Source: a virus
DNA length: 64,000 bases
Direction: 5' to 3' (one strand)
IMG/VR virus record: IMGVR_UViG_3300030118_004979
Coordinates: 4,400-68,399 of that record
The stretch's first letter is position 1. Every line of letters begins with the position of its first letter. Positions 49,013 through 58,095 of the stretch are shown piece by piece. The translations under genes and the position numbers were made by a program. The notes below the pieces were generated by a model. The model was not told where the DNA came from. It did no database searches and was given only the letters and a program-made list of their open reading frames with translations.

Positions 49013-50827
49013 TTAACTTAATTGCATCGGTATACCTTTGTATCCCATTTTATAATATTTAAAACCTAAATCTTTTTTATCTTCTTTTTCAGTTACTTGT
49101 ATTCTGTAGTTGTCTATATTATGTATTAAGCATAATCCAAAGGCCATAGCTCGGTCTGTATTTTGTAATCCATAATTAGCAAGTTCATCTATCAAATCCA
49201 AAAACCAAATATCTTCAATATTTTCTCTTATATAATCATCAATTAAATCTTCAAGTAAAGACTTAATCTGTTTGTTCATATGCACACCATATCTATTCCT
49301 TGTTTTTGAACCAGGGTTGTGTGCTGACTCTGGTTTTTCTTTTAAATATTTCAAGGCATTCATACGCTTGAAATAATCTAATATGCCTATCTTTGTGTAC
49401 TCAACTAGCATTTTAGAATTATAATAAACTGCAAGTTTTAGTACACCGTCCCAAAAATCTTCTTTTTTAGGCGGTCTGTCAGTATACTCTGCTACGACAT
49501 AATCGCAAGGAATATCTACATTTGCAAATCTACGATAAATTATCGCACTACCCAAAGAATCAGATGCTCCAGCTTTATCTTGATCATAAGAATCCACGCC
49601 ACCTATATCTAAATTCTTAAATTCTGGCATGGGATGTGCCAATATTTTATATGGACCATTTGGGTGTGGTCTCCATTTAACTCTAAAATCTTCTTCACCT
49701 AATTCCCAATCCAAATATCCACTTTGTATTTGACTTCTAAAATCTTTGCTGGATAGTATTCTTGATCTTTGTGCGTTCAGTAATGCTATATCAAATCTTG
49801 CTGAATGTGTATTAAGAAAAGCCTCTTCAACTGTTAATGGATAGTTTTGTATGTGTAAATTAAATGCCTGATTATCTCCTGACTTTTGTATATTATCTCT
49901 CTCTTCTGTAAGTTTTTCTAAGGCTTCTTGTTTCTTTTCTTTACCTGTTTTAATATCATAGTAGCCATAGTAAGCACGATTAGCTGGTATAAACATTGGT
50001 ATTAAATTATAAGCATCATGACTATAATACATGTCCATAAAATCTTTAGAGGCTTTAGTAATATCACCACCAGTACCCCCAATAATAGGTACACCAAATT
50101 GTATGTCCCCATCCATAAAACAAGCTTTAGATGACATATATGCATTCTTAAGTCTTTTAAATTCACCTGCTTCTTCAAATACCATTAACGATAAACGCTC
50201 ACCTTTAAATACTTCTGGATTGTCCATAGTACGACAGATAATAGTTGATTGATAACCGCCCACTTCCCATTTACCGTCTTTGTTCTTTTGCTTATAACCA
50301 CTACGCATTATATCACTAGTGTCTTTTAAAACAGAGTGTTTAAAGTTTGTATGAATACCATTCAATCCTTTTTTTGTTTTATCAAAGAATGCGTCTGCTG
50401 TGGCTTGTAAACCTGCTGCTACCCCCACATCATTAAATGGAAAAAACGTATATTCATGGGCTATTGCACCAGAGTTCATATAAGAAAACCCCTTGTCCCT
50501 AGCTTTAATTACTATCATCCCTTTTTGTTCTTGCTTGCAGGTTTCAATCAGATCAAAGTATTCATGATCCATTTCTCTGTACCAAGGATTTATTAATGTT
50601 TTACGATTACCTTTAGTACCATCATTACCAAGTATCATATAATAATTTAAATAAAAATAATACTTGCCAGATATTTTTTTCATACCTTTTGGTTTAAAAC
50701 CATTGATACATCTATCTGTTTCTCTACTCCAATATTCTTGATATTGAACAGAGTCTGGATTTAACTCAGGATGTCCGTGATTAGCTATAGGTCTGTATTT
50801 TTGTGGATCTTTTTTTATTTTAGCCAT
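49013..50827 (-). CDS. terL: terminase large subunit
   Basis: Walker A KARDKGFS, Walker B MVFEEAG, GGTGG, YPLTVEEAF, nuclease GGVDSYD and DRAMAF. Confidence 0.92.
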   Translation of the reverse strand: MAKIKKDPQKYRPIANHGHPELNPDSVQYQEYWSRETDRCINGFKPKGMKKISGKYYFYLNYYMILGNDGTKGNRKTLINPWYREMDHEYFDLIETCKQEQKGMIVIKARDKGFSYMNSGAIAHEYTFFPFNDVGVAAGLQATADAFFDKTKKGLNGIHTNFKHSVLKDTSDIMRSGYKQKNKDGKWEVGGYQSTIICRTMDNPEVFKGERLSLMVFEEAGEFKRLKNAYMSSKACFMDGDIQFGVPIIGGTGGDITKASKDFMDMYYSHDAYNLIPMFIPANRAYYGYYDIKTGKEKKQEALEKLTEERDNIQKSGDNQAFNLHIQNYPLTVEEAFLNTHSARFDIALLNAQRSRILSSKDFRSQIQSGYLDWELGEEDFRVKWRPHPNGPYKILAHPMPEFKNLDIGGVDSYDQDKAGASDSLGSAIIYRRFANVDIPCDYVVAEYTDRPPKKEDFWDGVLKLAVYYNSKMLVEYTKIGILDYFKRMNALKYLKEKPESAHNPGSKTRNRYGVHMNKQIKSLLEDLIDDYIRENIEDIWFLDLIDELANYGLQNTDRAMAFGLCLIHNIDNYRIQVTEKEDKKDLGFKYYKMGYKGIPMQLS

Positions 50828-51041
50828 ACCTTAATTTCCTGGTTGATCCTATGCCATATGGTCCTTTTCTTTTCTCTCTTGCCGCTAATTTATTATGATA
50901 ATTAACCTCCAAACTTACACCATGTATTTTTTGTGCAATGTTATCGTATATTTTAGCTTTATCCAAATCTCCTCTATTATAATTTTTATTATAAGCCCTA
51001 GTTAAATAACCTAATTTATATTCAAATTTTTTTTCACTCAT
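50820..51041 (-). CDS. small basic hypothetical protein
   Basis: 73 aa overlapping both neighbours. Confidence 0.55.
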   Translation of the reverse strand: MSEKKFEYKLGYLTRAYNKNYNRGDLDKAKIYDNIAQKIHGVSLEVNYHNKLAAREKRKGPYGIGSTRKLRYG

Positions 51042-53362
51042 AATTCATTTTCAATTTCATTTTCATCTTTATCTTCTTGATTATAAACGTAATCTCCATT
51101 TTCATCATATCTTGCTAGTATTTTTAAACTTTCATTATTATTGCAACAGTTTCTTTTTATGTAGCTAATATCATTTACATCTTCAAAAAGTTTATTGATT
51201 TTTTCATTTCTTTCAATCGCTGATTCAATAATGTTATCATTTTGATATTGAGATATTAAATCTTGTGGTAAATGTGAGGTAAAAATATTTCTTGGACAAT
51301 CTGATATGCTTTCAAAATCATATTGTTCTTCAAAGTCAATGTTAAAAGATTCTAATGTTCCAATTTGTTTGGGTATATTTATTTCATCTAATTCTGGTTG
51401 ATCAGGGTTACGAGGTGGTGGTGGTGGCACTACTACTACTGGCTCACATCTTGAACGATTTCTGCATTCCTGTCTTGTTGGATATGCATCAGCTCCTGTT
51501 CTAAAAATTGCCACCCAAAACAAAACATTTGATCTTGGCTCTTGTAATGGTGGTGCAGTAGGATATGTATGCGTGAACAATTTATTGCAATCTGCAATAG
51601 AAATTGTATTTCCTGATCCTCCAGCTCCTATAATAACACGATTACAATGACCTCTACATGTATAAAAAATTTCAGTTCTATTAGTGTTTATAGCCCCTGT
51701 ATCATCTATCCATCTTGCGTTTAATGGATTATTAAGTAAAGATGGATTATTTAAATAATATGAACTAGTTAAATTGTTTGAATCAAATTTTAAATATTCT
51801 TCTAATTGTTTTGTATTACCATATGTATATTGTCTTATAATACCATTAGGACCATAATTATAATCAATACCATCATTCCTTGCTGTGCTTTTAATAGATA
51901 ATTTTACATAATCATGTTCATTTTTCGTTATCTTATATACACCTGCGTCTGAACTAATTAATCTAACATATACTATATTTCTACCGCAAGGACTATAAGT
52001 ACAATTACCCACCCCACGTGAGTAGTTCATAAATTCATATATGTATGTTCCTACATATTCTTCATACTTATTATGTATTGTAATTTCTATTGTGTCGCCA
52101 GGAACTAAATAAGTTGTTTGAGGTAAAATTTGTCCTAAAACATCATATTTATCAAATTCAATTTCTAAAACTTTTGTCCAACCTAAAACTCCTTGACCTT
52201 GAGGGCCACTATTTTGTACATGTCTACTACCTATTTGAACATCAGCATATGTTTCGTAAACTATACCTTGATACCTCCAATACTCTATAAATCTAATACT
52301 AGATGCGTTTCTAGTGCTTTCAGAAATTCTAAAATTATAGTCTATGCCTGGAAACTCTACGTCTGGACATTTTTCAAATTTTCTTATAGCTCTTACAGAG
52401 TGTGGTACAATTCTGTCAGAAAAAGCAGGCATACCTGCCGTAGTAAATAACGCTTGTTGTGAATGTCCAGTAAATAACATTGAGTCCATAACATATGCCA
52501 TTTCATTATGAGTACCTGTAGGATCGTCAGGAAGTTCAGGCTTAGGGGTAGACGTCCAATAATATTTATTAGTAGGACTATCATGACTAGTTAGAAAATC
52601 CCCCATGTTATTATTTGGATTACCAAACGTAGGTTGAGCAGCTGGACCGATAGTAAGCATCATAACCAGCGCTTCAATAAAATTAGGTAAATAATAATCC
52701 TGATCACCAAAAGGTCCCACATAACGTTGAGCCACATCAAACGCCCAATTATGTGATGGAACTAATGGATTTCTATTAAAAAAAAGATTAGGTGAAGAAA
52801 AAATTCTTGCAGGATATGTATTATTTACAAAATCAGTTAGATATTCACCATCTCCCATACCAATAGTTGGCACAGCTAAAGCTATACTTAATAAATTATT
52901 TTGTAAAGGTGGTTGAACAAAAGGTGGTGCTAATATATCAACATCTACATTACCATATTCTGTTCCTTTAAATATCTCAACAATTTGCTGTGCAGAATTT
53001 CCTCTAAGAACTTGTGTAAAATCAAATTCTGGTGGCTCAAAAGAAAATCTAGATTCAAAAAATGGCATAAGCCCTTCAGCTGAATCATTTGGTGCCGCTT
53101 CAAAATAAAAGGGACTCCAGTTATACCACTGATATGGTATTGCAAAAATAATACCACCAGCAGGGCCTACATCACCCACTTGATAACAAGGACCTGTAGC
53201 GGGTGAACTTTGTGATCTTAATTCTTCAACACCATCTTTGAGTTCTTGTAGACTTGGAAAATTTTCTTCTTTAAATAATCCTGAGCCTATTAGAATCCTA
53301 CGATACTGTTGATACATAGACTCATCATTAGTAATATCAGTGTGTCTTTTTTTATAAGTCAT
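51038..53362 (-). CDS. large accessory protein with DUF1566/C-type-lectin-like domain
   Basis: YQVGDVGPAGGIIF..FEAAP..YYLPN..E..YYWTST..SVRAIRKF; Cys-rich C-terminal part. Confidence 0.6.
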   Translation of the reverse strand: MTYKKRHTDITNDESMYQQYRRILIGSGLFKEENFPSLQELKDGVEELRSQSSPATGPCYQVGDVGPAGGIIFAIPYQWYNWSPFYFEAAPNDSAEGLMPFFESRFSFEPPEFDFTQVLRGNSAQQIVEIFKGTEYGNVDVDILAPPFVQPPLQNNLLSIALAVPTIGMGDGEYLTDFVNNTYPARIFSSPNLFFNRNPLVPSHNWAFDVAQRYVGPFGDQDYYLPNFIEALVMMLTIGPAAQPTFGNPNNNMGDFLTSHDSPTNKYYWTSTPKPELPDDPTGTHNEMAYVMDSMLFTGHSQQALFTTAGMPAFSDRIVPHSVRAIRKFEKCPDVEFPGIDYNFRISESTRNASSIRFIEYWRYQGIVYETYADVQIGSRHVQNSGPQGQGVLGWTKVLEIEFDKYDVLGQILPQTTYLVPGDTIEITIHNKYEEYVGTYIYEFMNYSRGVGNCTYSPCGRNIVYVRLISSDAGVYKITKNEHDYVKLSIKSTARNDGIDYNYGPNGIIRQYTYGNTKQLEEYLKFDSNNLTSSYYLNNPSLLNNPLNARWIDDTGAINTNRTEIFYTCRGHCNRVIIGAGGSGNTISIADCNKLFTHTYPTAPPLQEPRSNVLFWVAIFRTGADAYPTRQECRNRSRCEPVVVVPPPPPRNPDQPELDEINIPKQIGTLESFNIDFEEQYDFESISDCPRNIFTSHLPQDLISQYQNDNIIESAIERNEKINKLFEDVNDISYIKRNCCNNNESLKILARYDENGDYVYNQEDKDENEIENEL

Positions 53363-53891
53363 TACTTTGTATTTCTTTACGTCTTTCTAAAAAACTCAGA
53401 CCTTTATCACCAGCAATCTTTACTCGCTCACCTCTTCTTTCTATAGCATCTAATAATGCTTGTCTAGTCTTTAATATCTTTTCTACACCTATCATAAGCT
53501 TTTGTAACATCTCTGCATTCTCTTCATCTAAATGCATTTTATCTATAAGATCAGTGAACTGATTAATCTTTTTATTAAAAGCTATAAGCTGTTCGTCCAA
53601 TGGATCAAACTGCAATTCATTATATTTATTACAAGCTGCAAGTAAACATGCGTCATTCATACCAGACCAAGAATATGTATCATAGATATCTTTACTGACT
53701 ATCTTTTTTCTTTCTTGCTCGTTGTAATGTCTATATGGGCTTTCGTAGTCATAGACTAACGCAACCCATTTGAGGGCCGCAGGCCCGAATTTTTCTTTCT
53801 TAATGAGTGTAAGAAACTCAGGAACCCCCGTGACTCCATCGTCATCCTTGTATATATCCCCTTTGCGATTTAAGTTCAATAAATACATCAA
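53352..53891 (-). CDS. conserved helical protein, possible terminase small subunit
   Basis: YDYESPY motif, helical coiled coil, near terL. The TerS role is inferred from position only. Confidence 0.4.
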   Translation of the reverse strand: MMYLLNLNRKGDIYKDDDGVTGVPEFLTLIKKEKFGPAALKWVALVYDYESPYRHYNEQERKKIVSKDIYDTYSWSGMNDACLLAACNKYNELQFDPLDEQLIAFNKKINQFTDLIDKMHLDEENAEMLQKLMIGVEKILKTRQALLDAIERRGERVKIAGDKGLSFLERRKEIQSNDL

Positions 53892-54121
53892 TCATTATAT
53901 TCTAGTTGTAAACTCAGTGTAAATATAATTTCGTCACTAAGTGGATGAACTTGATATTTCCAAGATGATTCTGTTAAATCAAAACCATACTCTTTAGTAT
54001 TACGTATTAAATCGTATTCATCTTCCATTAGAAGATAAAGATCATCGTACATTCTTTCTATAAAGTATTTATTATCGTCCCCTATAGAAACCTTTCCGAA
54101 TCTAGTTTCTATCTCTCTCAT
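53888..54121 (-). CDS. small acidic hypothetical protein
   Basis: 77 aa, coupled to the downstream gene. Confidence 0.5.
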   Translation of the reverse strand: MREIETRFGKVSIGDDNKYFIERMYDDLYLLMEDEYDLIRNTKEYGFDLTESSWKYQVHPLSDEIIFTLSLQLEYND

Positions 54122-54124
54122 AAT

Positions 54125-54709
54125 TTAGAATCTACCCCCTTGCGTAAATCTTTTTTTTCTCATATTAACAACTCCCTCTAGTTGCTTACCAGCAGCTATT
54201 CTATTGTCCAAAGCTTTTCTAAAAGAATTGACTGCACTGTTATATGGATTCATCATACCACCATTATCAAACTGACTAACATTCTTACCAAGCAACTCAC
54301 TACCCATTGCAAGCATAGGATTAGTAAATACTTGTAGTCCAGCCATACCTCCACCTGCACCGCCTCCTTCTCTTGAGAACTGATCTCCATATACAAGTGA
54401 TGATGGTCTACCAGACATATTCATTACACCACTAACATTAGGTCTTTCCATAAGTGGATCAGGCATATCTGGTGATGTAGCTGGCTCAACCTGTATAGGC
54501 GCATTAGGATCTGGCATATCAGGAGTGACGGGATCAACACCCATTATTGGATCTGTAGGTACTCCAGGATCAACAGGTATTCTTGGTGGAAAAAACGGCA
54601 ACAAGCTATTTATATTCTGTTTTCCTGTGCCTGCATTTGATTGTGGTGTTGTCTGTCCTCCAGTTACCTGATAAGGATCTTGAACATTAAATAAGCCTAG
54701 TCTAGCCAT
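54125..54709 (-). CDS. Pro-rich disordered protein ending FTQGGRF; first late gene
   Basis: PDMPDP repeats; FDNGGM and FTQGGRF motifs; promoter element upstream. Confidence 0.6.
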   Translation of the reverse strand: MARLGLFNVQDPYQVTGGQTTPQSNAGTGKQNINSLLPFFPPRIPVDPGVPTDPIMGVDPVTPDMPDPNAPIQVEPATSPDMPDPLMERPNVSGVMNMSGRPSSLVYGDQFSREGGGAGGGMAGLQVFTNPMLAMGSELLGKNVSQFDNGGMMNPYNSAVNSFRKALDNRIAAGKQLEGVVNMRKKRFTQGGRF

Positions 54710-54726
54710 AATTATAATTTTAAATA

Positions 54727-54734
54727 CAAAGTTA
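54727..54734 (-). promoter_or_regulatory. Bacteroidota -7 element TAACTTTG heading the late block
   Basis: 17 nt upstream of the 54709 ATG. Confidence 0.6.
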
Positions 54735-54879
54735 AAAAAATTATTTGTAATTGTGAGGGAGGGATTCTCTGTGCCTTTTTACCCCCTACCTTCTACATTT
54801 TTTTCACACCCACCCTATTTTTTTGTTGCACTTTTGTTTTATGTATATTTTATTGTATTAATCTAAATTTATTATTATT

Positions 54880-55002
54880 ATGAACACGCTTATTATTATA
54901 GTAGTTACTATCTTGCTTACGAAATACGGAATGTTTGATGCTAAGAGAATGTCGGATGACATCAAGATAATTAAAGATAACTTTAAAAAAGAACAGAAAT
55001 GA
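54880..55002 (+). CDS. small membrane peptide (40 aa, not in ORF track)
   Basis: MNTLIIIVVTILLTKYGMFDAKRMSDDIKIIKDNFKKEQK; ATGA-coupled to a 25-aa hydrophobic ORF (54999-55076) that ends in a terminator. Confidence 0.4.
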   Translation: MNTLIIIVVTILLTKYGMFDAKRMSDDIKIIKDNFKKEQK

Positions 55003-55061
55003 TATACCTTAAAATTATTATAGGTGTACTATTATTTGAATGGTATATTGACACACATATA

Positions 55062-55087
55062 AAGGGAGACGCTTAGTCTCTCTTTTT
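55062..55087 (+). terminator. intrinsic terminator
   Basis: GGGAGAC-GCTTA-GTCTCTC followed by TTTTT. Confidence 0.65.
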
Positions 55088-55513
55088 ATTTTACTTGTAA
55101 AAAAAATATAATTATCCCTGATTGTGTTTGTGTGATATAGTCTAATACTATACAAATACACACTTTTTTTTACATATACAATACTATAATATAGTTAAAC
55201 TATTGATTATCAATCTGTTATATAATATATTGTAAAAATACCGTTTATAAAATACTAACTAATCTATTTAATTGATTGATATGCTTTGCGTATTCGCTTT
55301 GCGAAGTTAGTGTTTTTTTTGGACAAAGTCAAGTGCAATCTATCAGATTAATGCAAAATTGTAATCAGTATACTATTTAACAGTTTAATGTTTTATATAT
55401 ATATTATAATGCAACTTATAACAATCACGAAAAGTATTCTAGAGTGCTTAGTAGTTAACCGCCAGAGATAGAGGCAACGGTTGCATTTTTTTTTATTAAT
55501 TAAAATCAAAACT

Positions 55514-55756
55514 ATGGAAACGTTATTCATTGAGTGTTCTTGTGGTAATACCACAGGTTTCAAACACTCACACAATGTAGCAGAATGCACGTCATGTGCT
55601 GCTGTCATACATATGGACACACCTGTGTATCATCAGGTGCAATACAAATCTCTTGACGAGATTGCCAAAGAGCAAGCTCTGATTGATATGCGTCAGCTAG
55701 ACTATATAGATTGGGCGCAAGTATTTGATACAGATAATATAAGAGTGGCTGTTTAG
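55514..55756 (+). CDS. small early protein with zinc-ribbon (CxC...CxxC)
   Basis: METLFIECSCG...ECTSC; A-rich leader. Confidence 0.6.
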   Translation: METLFIECSCGNTTGFKHSHNVAECTSCAAVIHMDTPVYHQVQYKSLDEIAKEQALIDMRQLDYIDWAQVFDTDNIRVAV

Positions 55757-55769
55757 TCACTCTTTTTTT
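55741..55769 (+). terminator. intrinsic terminator
   Basis: AAGAGTGGCT-GTTT-AGTCACTCTT followed by a T run. Confidence 0.7.
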
Positions 55770-55789
55770 GTTTAACTTAAAATTAAAAT

Positions 55790-55996
55790 ATGAACAATAC
55801 TAATTTTATACAAGAAGACTACGAGAAAATAGCTCGTATGCTTGAAAATAATTATTATAAACTTGAAGAGATATATAATCTACAACAAGAATATAATAGA
55901 AAACCATTAGACAAGTTAAAACTTGCTATATCTAAAGTTAAAAGTAATGTTAAAGCTAAGATACCAACAGTATCTATAAACTTTGACAGAAAATAA
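55790..55996 (+). CDS. small early hypothetical protein
   Basis: 68 aa; A-rich leader. Confidence 0.55.
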   Translation: MNNTNFIQEDYEKIARMLENNYYKLEEIYNLQQEYNRKPLDKLKLAISKVKSNVKAKIPTVSINFDRK

Positions 55997-56016
55997 TAAT
56001 CATTAAAAATTAAATC

Positions 56017-56328
56017 ATGAAAGATACTATTTTTGCAAAAGGTATGTTTGTTAAATCACATACCACTAATAATAATAAAGAAATAATCAGCGTTTCAATC
56101 AATGTAAATGACGTATGTCAGACATTGAAAGAACATTATAATAAAGACGCTAATGGTAATCCATGGGTAAACATCAAGTTGATCCCAAGAAAATCTGTTT
56201 CAGATAAAGGACTTACACATGTACCTGTTATTGATACATACTTTAAGAAAAATTCAGAGCAAAAAGCTATGGACAATCTTAAAGAACTAGCGAATATTCA
56301 GACTAAAACTGCTGATTTGCCTCTATAA
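56017..56328 (+). CDS. putative small single-stranded DNA-binding protein
   Basis: ISVSINV..WVNIKLIPRK..GLTH..DTY fold pattern; SSB-like tail ADLPL. Confidence 0.5.
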   Translation: MKDTIFAKGMFVKSHTTNNNKEIISVSINVNDVCQTLKEHYNKDANGNPWVNIKLIPRKSVSDKGLTHVPVIDTYFKKNSEQKAMDNLKELANIQTKTADLPL

Positions 56329-56549
56329 TGGGAATCCTTACTATAGCCTTGTTTACTGCCGTTGGCTACTATATAGTTTTATATAAAGCTATCGGCAGGC
56401 GCAAGCTAGTTAAATCTCAAGCATTTTGGGACATTTTATTTACATTTGCTATCCCAATAATATTTATTGGTACATTCAGTGGCGTGGCTACAGCTGTCGT
56501 TGCTGGTGTATTGTTTTCCATTTTCACGTTTCTTACACCAAGAGACTAG
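56328..56549 (+). CDS. small membrane protein (about 3 TM)
   Basis: Hydrophobic throughout. Confidence 0.6.
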   Translation: MGILTIALFTAVGYYIVLYKAIGRRKLVKSQAFWDILFTFAIPIIFIGTFSGVATAVVAGVLFSIFTFLTPRD

Positions 56550-56550
56550 G

Positions 56551-56577
56551 ACAACCCCTTCGGGGGTTGTTTTATTT
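56551..56577 (+). terminator. intrinsic terminator with C(UUCG)G tetraloop
   Basis: ACAACCCC-TTCG-GGGGTTGT followed by TTTATTT. Confidence 0.8.
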
Positions 56578-56604
56578 ATATTCTATAACTAAAAAAAAAT
56601 AATT

Positions 56605-56949
56605 ATGTATACCTTTGAACTATCTTCAGAATATCTGAAACAAATAAAACAACTTATCAAAACAAGACAAAAAACACCGTACGATTTGGCTCATGCATCG
56701 TTTAGAAAAAATAACGCTGACGTTATTATTAAACATGTAGATAGAAAAAATCTTGTAATTACATTTCTAGACGGTTCTGTTGAACAGTTCAAACCTACAC
56801 GTAGAAAATTATTCTACAAGTATATAGATAATTTAAACTACTTATATACAGTAGCACGTAAAGCATATGTATCAAGATACTTTGATATAATTAATAAATT
56901 TAATCATAGACATAATCAGAATACCATAGGTTCTATTGTGTCTATGTAA
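56605..56949 (+). CDS. early hypothetical protein
   Basis: 114 aa, basic. Confidence 0.6.
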   Translation: MYTFELSSEYLKQIKQLIKTRQKTPYDLAHASFRKNNADVIIKHVDRKNLVITFLDGSVEQFKPTRRKLFYKYIDNLNYLYTVARKAYVSRYFDIINKFNHRHNQNTIGSIVSM

Positions 56950-57033
56950 TAAAAAGGGGTGGGAGCGTGTGGCCATGGAATGATAACTAAACGTAGCTGT
57001 TATTACCGCCCCTTTTTTTCTAAAAATATAAAT

Positions 57034-57291
57034 ATGAAAATACACTATAATACATTAAAAATTATTAGATCAGCTTTTAATAAAAAATTTGTAATCTACA
57101 CAAGTGGTGTAAATAGTCTATCAATTCGTTTTGGATATTGGGACAAAATTGATCATCAATTATTAAACAATATGTTAGTAATGCATGAAAATGATGTATA
57201 TATAAAAGTAACAGAACAAACAATAAATGATGAAGACTGCGGTGATAAGTATTCTTATTCTGTAACAAAAGATATTAACTTAAATAATTAA
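57034..57291 (+). CDS. early hypothetical protein (start reassigned to ATG 57034)
   Basis: IRFGYW..DEDCG..Y.Y; the upstream GTG falls inside a stem-loop. Confidence 0.55.
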   Translation: MKIHYNTLKIIRSAFNKKFVIYTSGVNSLSIRFGYWDKIDHQLLNNMLVMHENDVYIKVTEQTINDEDCGDKYSYSVTKDINLNN

Positions 57292-57293
57292 TT

Positions 57294-57857
57294 ATGCCAA
57301 ATTGGTGCTGGAATCACCTAACTGTAACAGGTGATGAAAAAGAACTACAAGAATTTGTAGAAAAATCAACAAATGTTCAAAATAGACATCCTAAAGACAA
57401 AGAGTTTTCATTTGAAGGTACTTTACCACGTGGTGATCGTAAAGACTGGTACGACTGGTCTATAGGAAACTGGGGTACTAAATGGGATGCATGTGAACCA
57501 CATATTGAAAACGATGATAAAGAATATTTTGCTGTAACATTTGATAGCGCTTGGTCGCCACCAATAGCATGGTTAGAAAATATTGTACATATGTTTCCTA
57601 AACTTTATTTTACACTAGAATATGAAGAACCAGGTATGTGTTTTGCAGGTATTTTAGAAATACAACACAACAAAATACATGATGATAGATGTTGGGACAT
57701 TGAATCAGCCTCGGAGTGTTGTCATGGAGAAATTGATTGGGAACATCCTGAATACGATTATTATTGTACAATATGTAAATGTGAAACAGAAGCTGTTTCA
57801 GTGAGAAAAGATCAAATTAAAAGAAATCTTAACTATGATTATAACTATGAAAAATAA
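57294..57857 (+). CDS. Api92/YubB-like ferredoxin-fold protein (DUF1281-related)
   Basis: MPNWCWN, WYDWSIGNWGTKWD, FDSAWSPP, YEEPGMCFAG. Confidence 0.75.
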   Translation: MPNWCWNHLTVTGDEKELQEFVEKSTNVQNRHPKDKEFSFEGTLPRGDRKDWYDWSIGNWGTKWDACEPHIENDDKEYFAVTFDSAWSPPIAWLENIVHMFPKLYFTLEYEEPGMCFAGILEIQHNKIHDDRCWDIESASECCHGEIDWEHPEYDYYCTICKCETEAVSVRKDQIKRNLNYDYNYEK

Positions 57858-58095
57858 TATTGAAACTATATCATTTAACGTAAGTAAAACTATAAACATC
57901 GGAAACTTTGAAGCTATTAAAATCAATTATGGTCAAAGTGTTACTGTTGATCCTAGCAGAGATATTGAGACGCAGAGACAAGAACTAATCAACGATTGTT
58001 ATACTGTTGTTAAACAAGAAACATCTCATTGGGATAAAATAAAATCAGTGCAGCATGTTGATAGAAACAAAAACATTAATGTTATACAGAAATGA
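57835..58095 (+). CDS. hypothetical phage protein
   Basis: TINIGNFEAIKI motif. Confidence 0.6.
   Translation: MIITMKNNIETISFNVSKTINIGNFEAIKINYGQSVTVDPSRDIETQRQELINDCYTVVKQETSHWDKIKSVQHVDRNKNINVIQK

Noticed and set aside
49013-50827. Intein or intron in terL (common in some crAss-like phages)
   Set aside because: 604-aa uninterrupted ORF with normal motif spacing and no splice-junction or homing-endonuclease motifs seen.
2323-52450. Many plus-strand ORFs antisense to late genes (e.g. 2323-2751, 16188-16583, 19254-19676, 21990-22391)
   Set aside because: Shadow ORFs of AT-rich coding strands, with Ser/Leu/Phe-biased composition and no motifs.
51038-53362. Complete diversity-generating retroelement
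   Set aside because: No reverse transcriptase or template repeat seen in the window.
15290-54709. Stop-codon reassignment (TAG or TGA), known in some crAss-like phages
   Set aside because: Late genes are long and intact in the standard code, and TAG/TGA end genes exactly where the next gene begins.
56959-57033. GTG-initiated N-terminal extension MGACGHG of the 57034 gene
   Set aside because: It falls within the GC-rich stem-loop; the ATG at 57034 has the typical A-rich leader.
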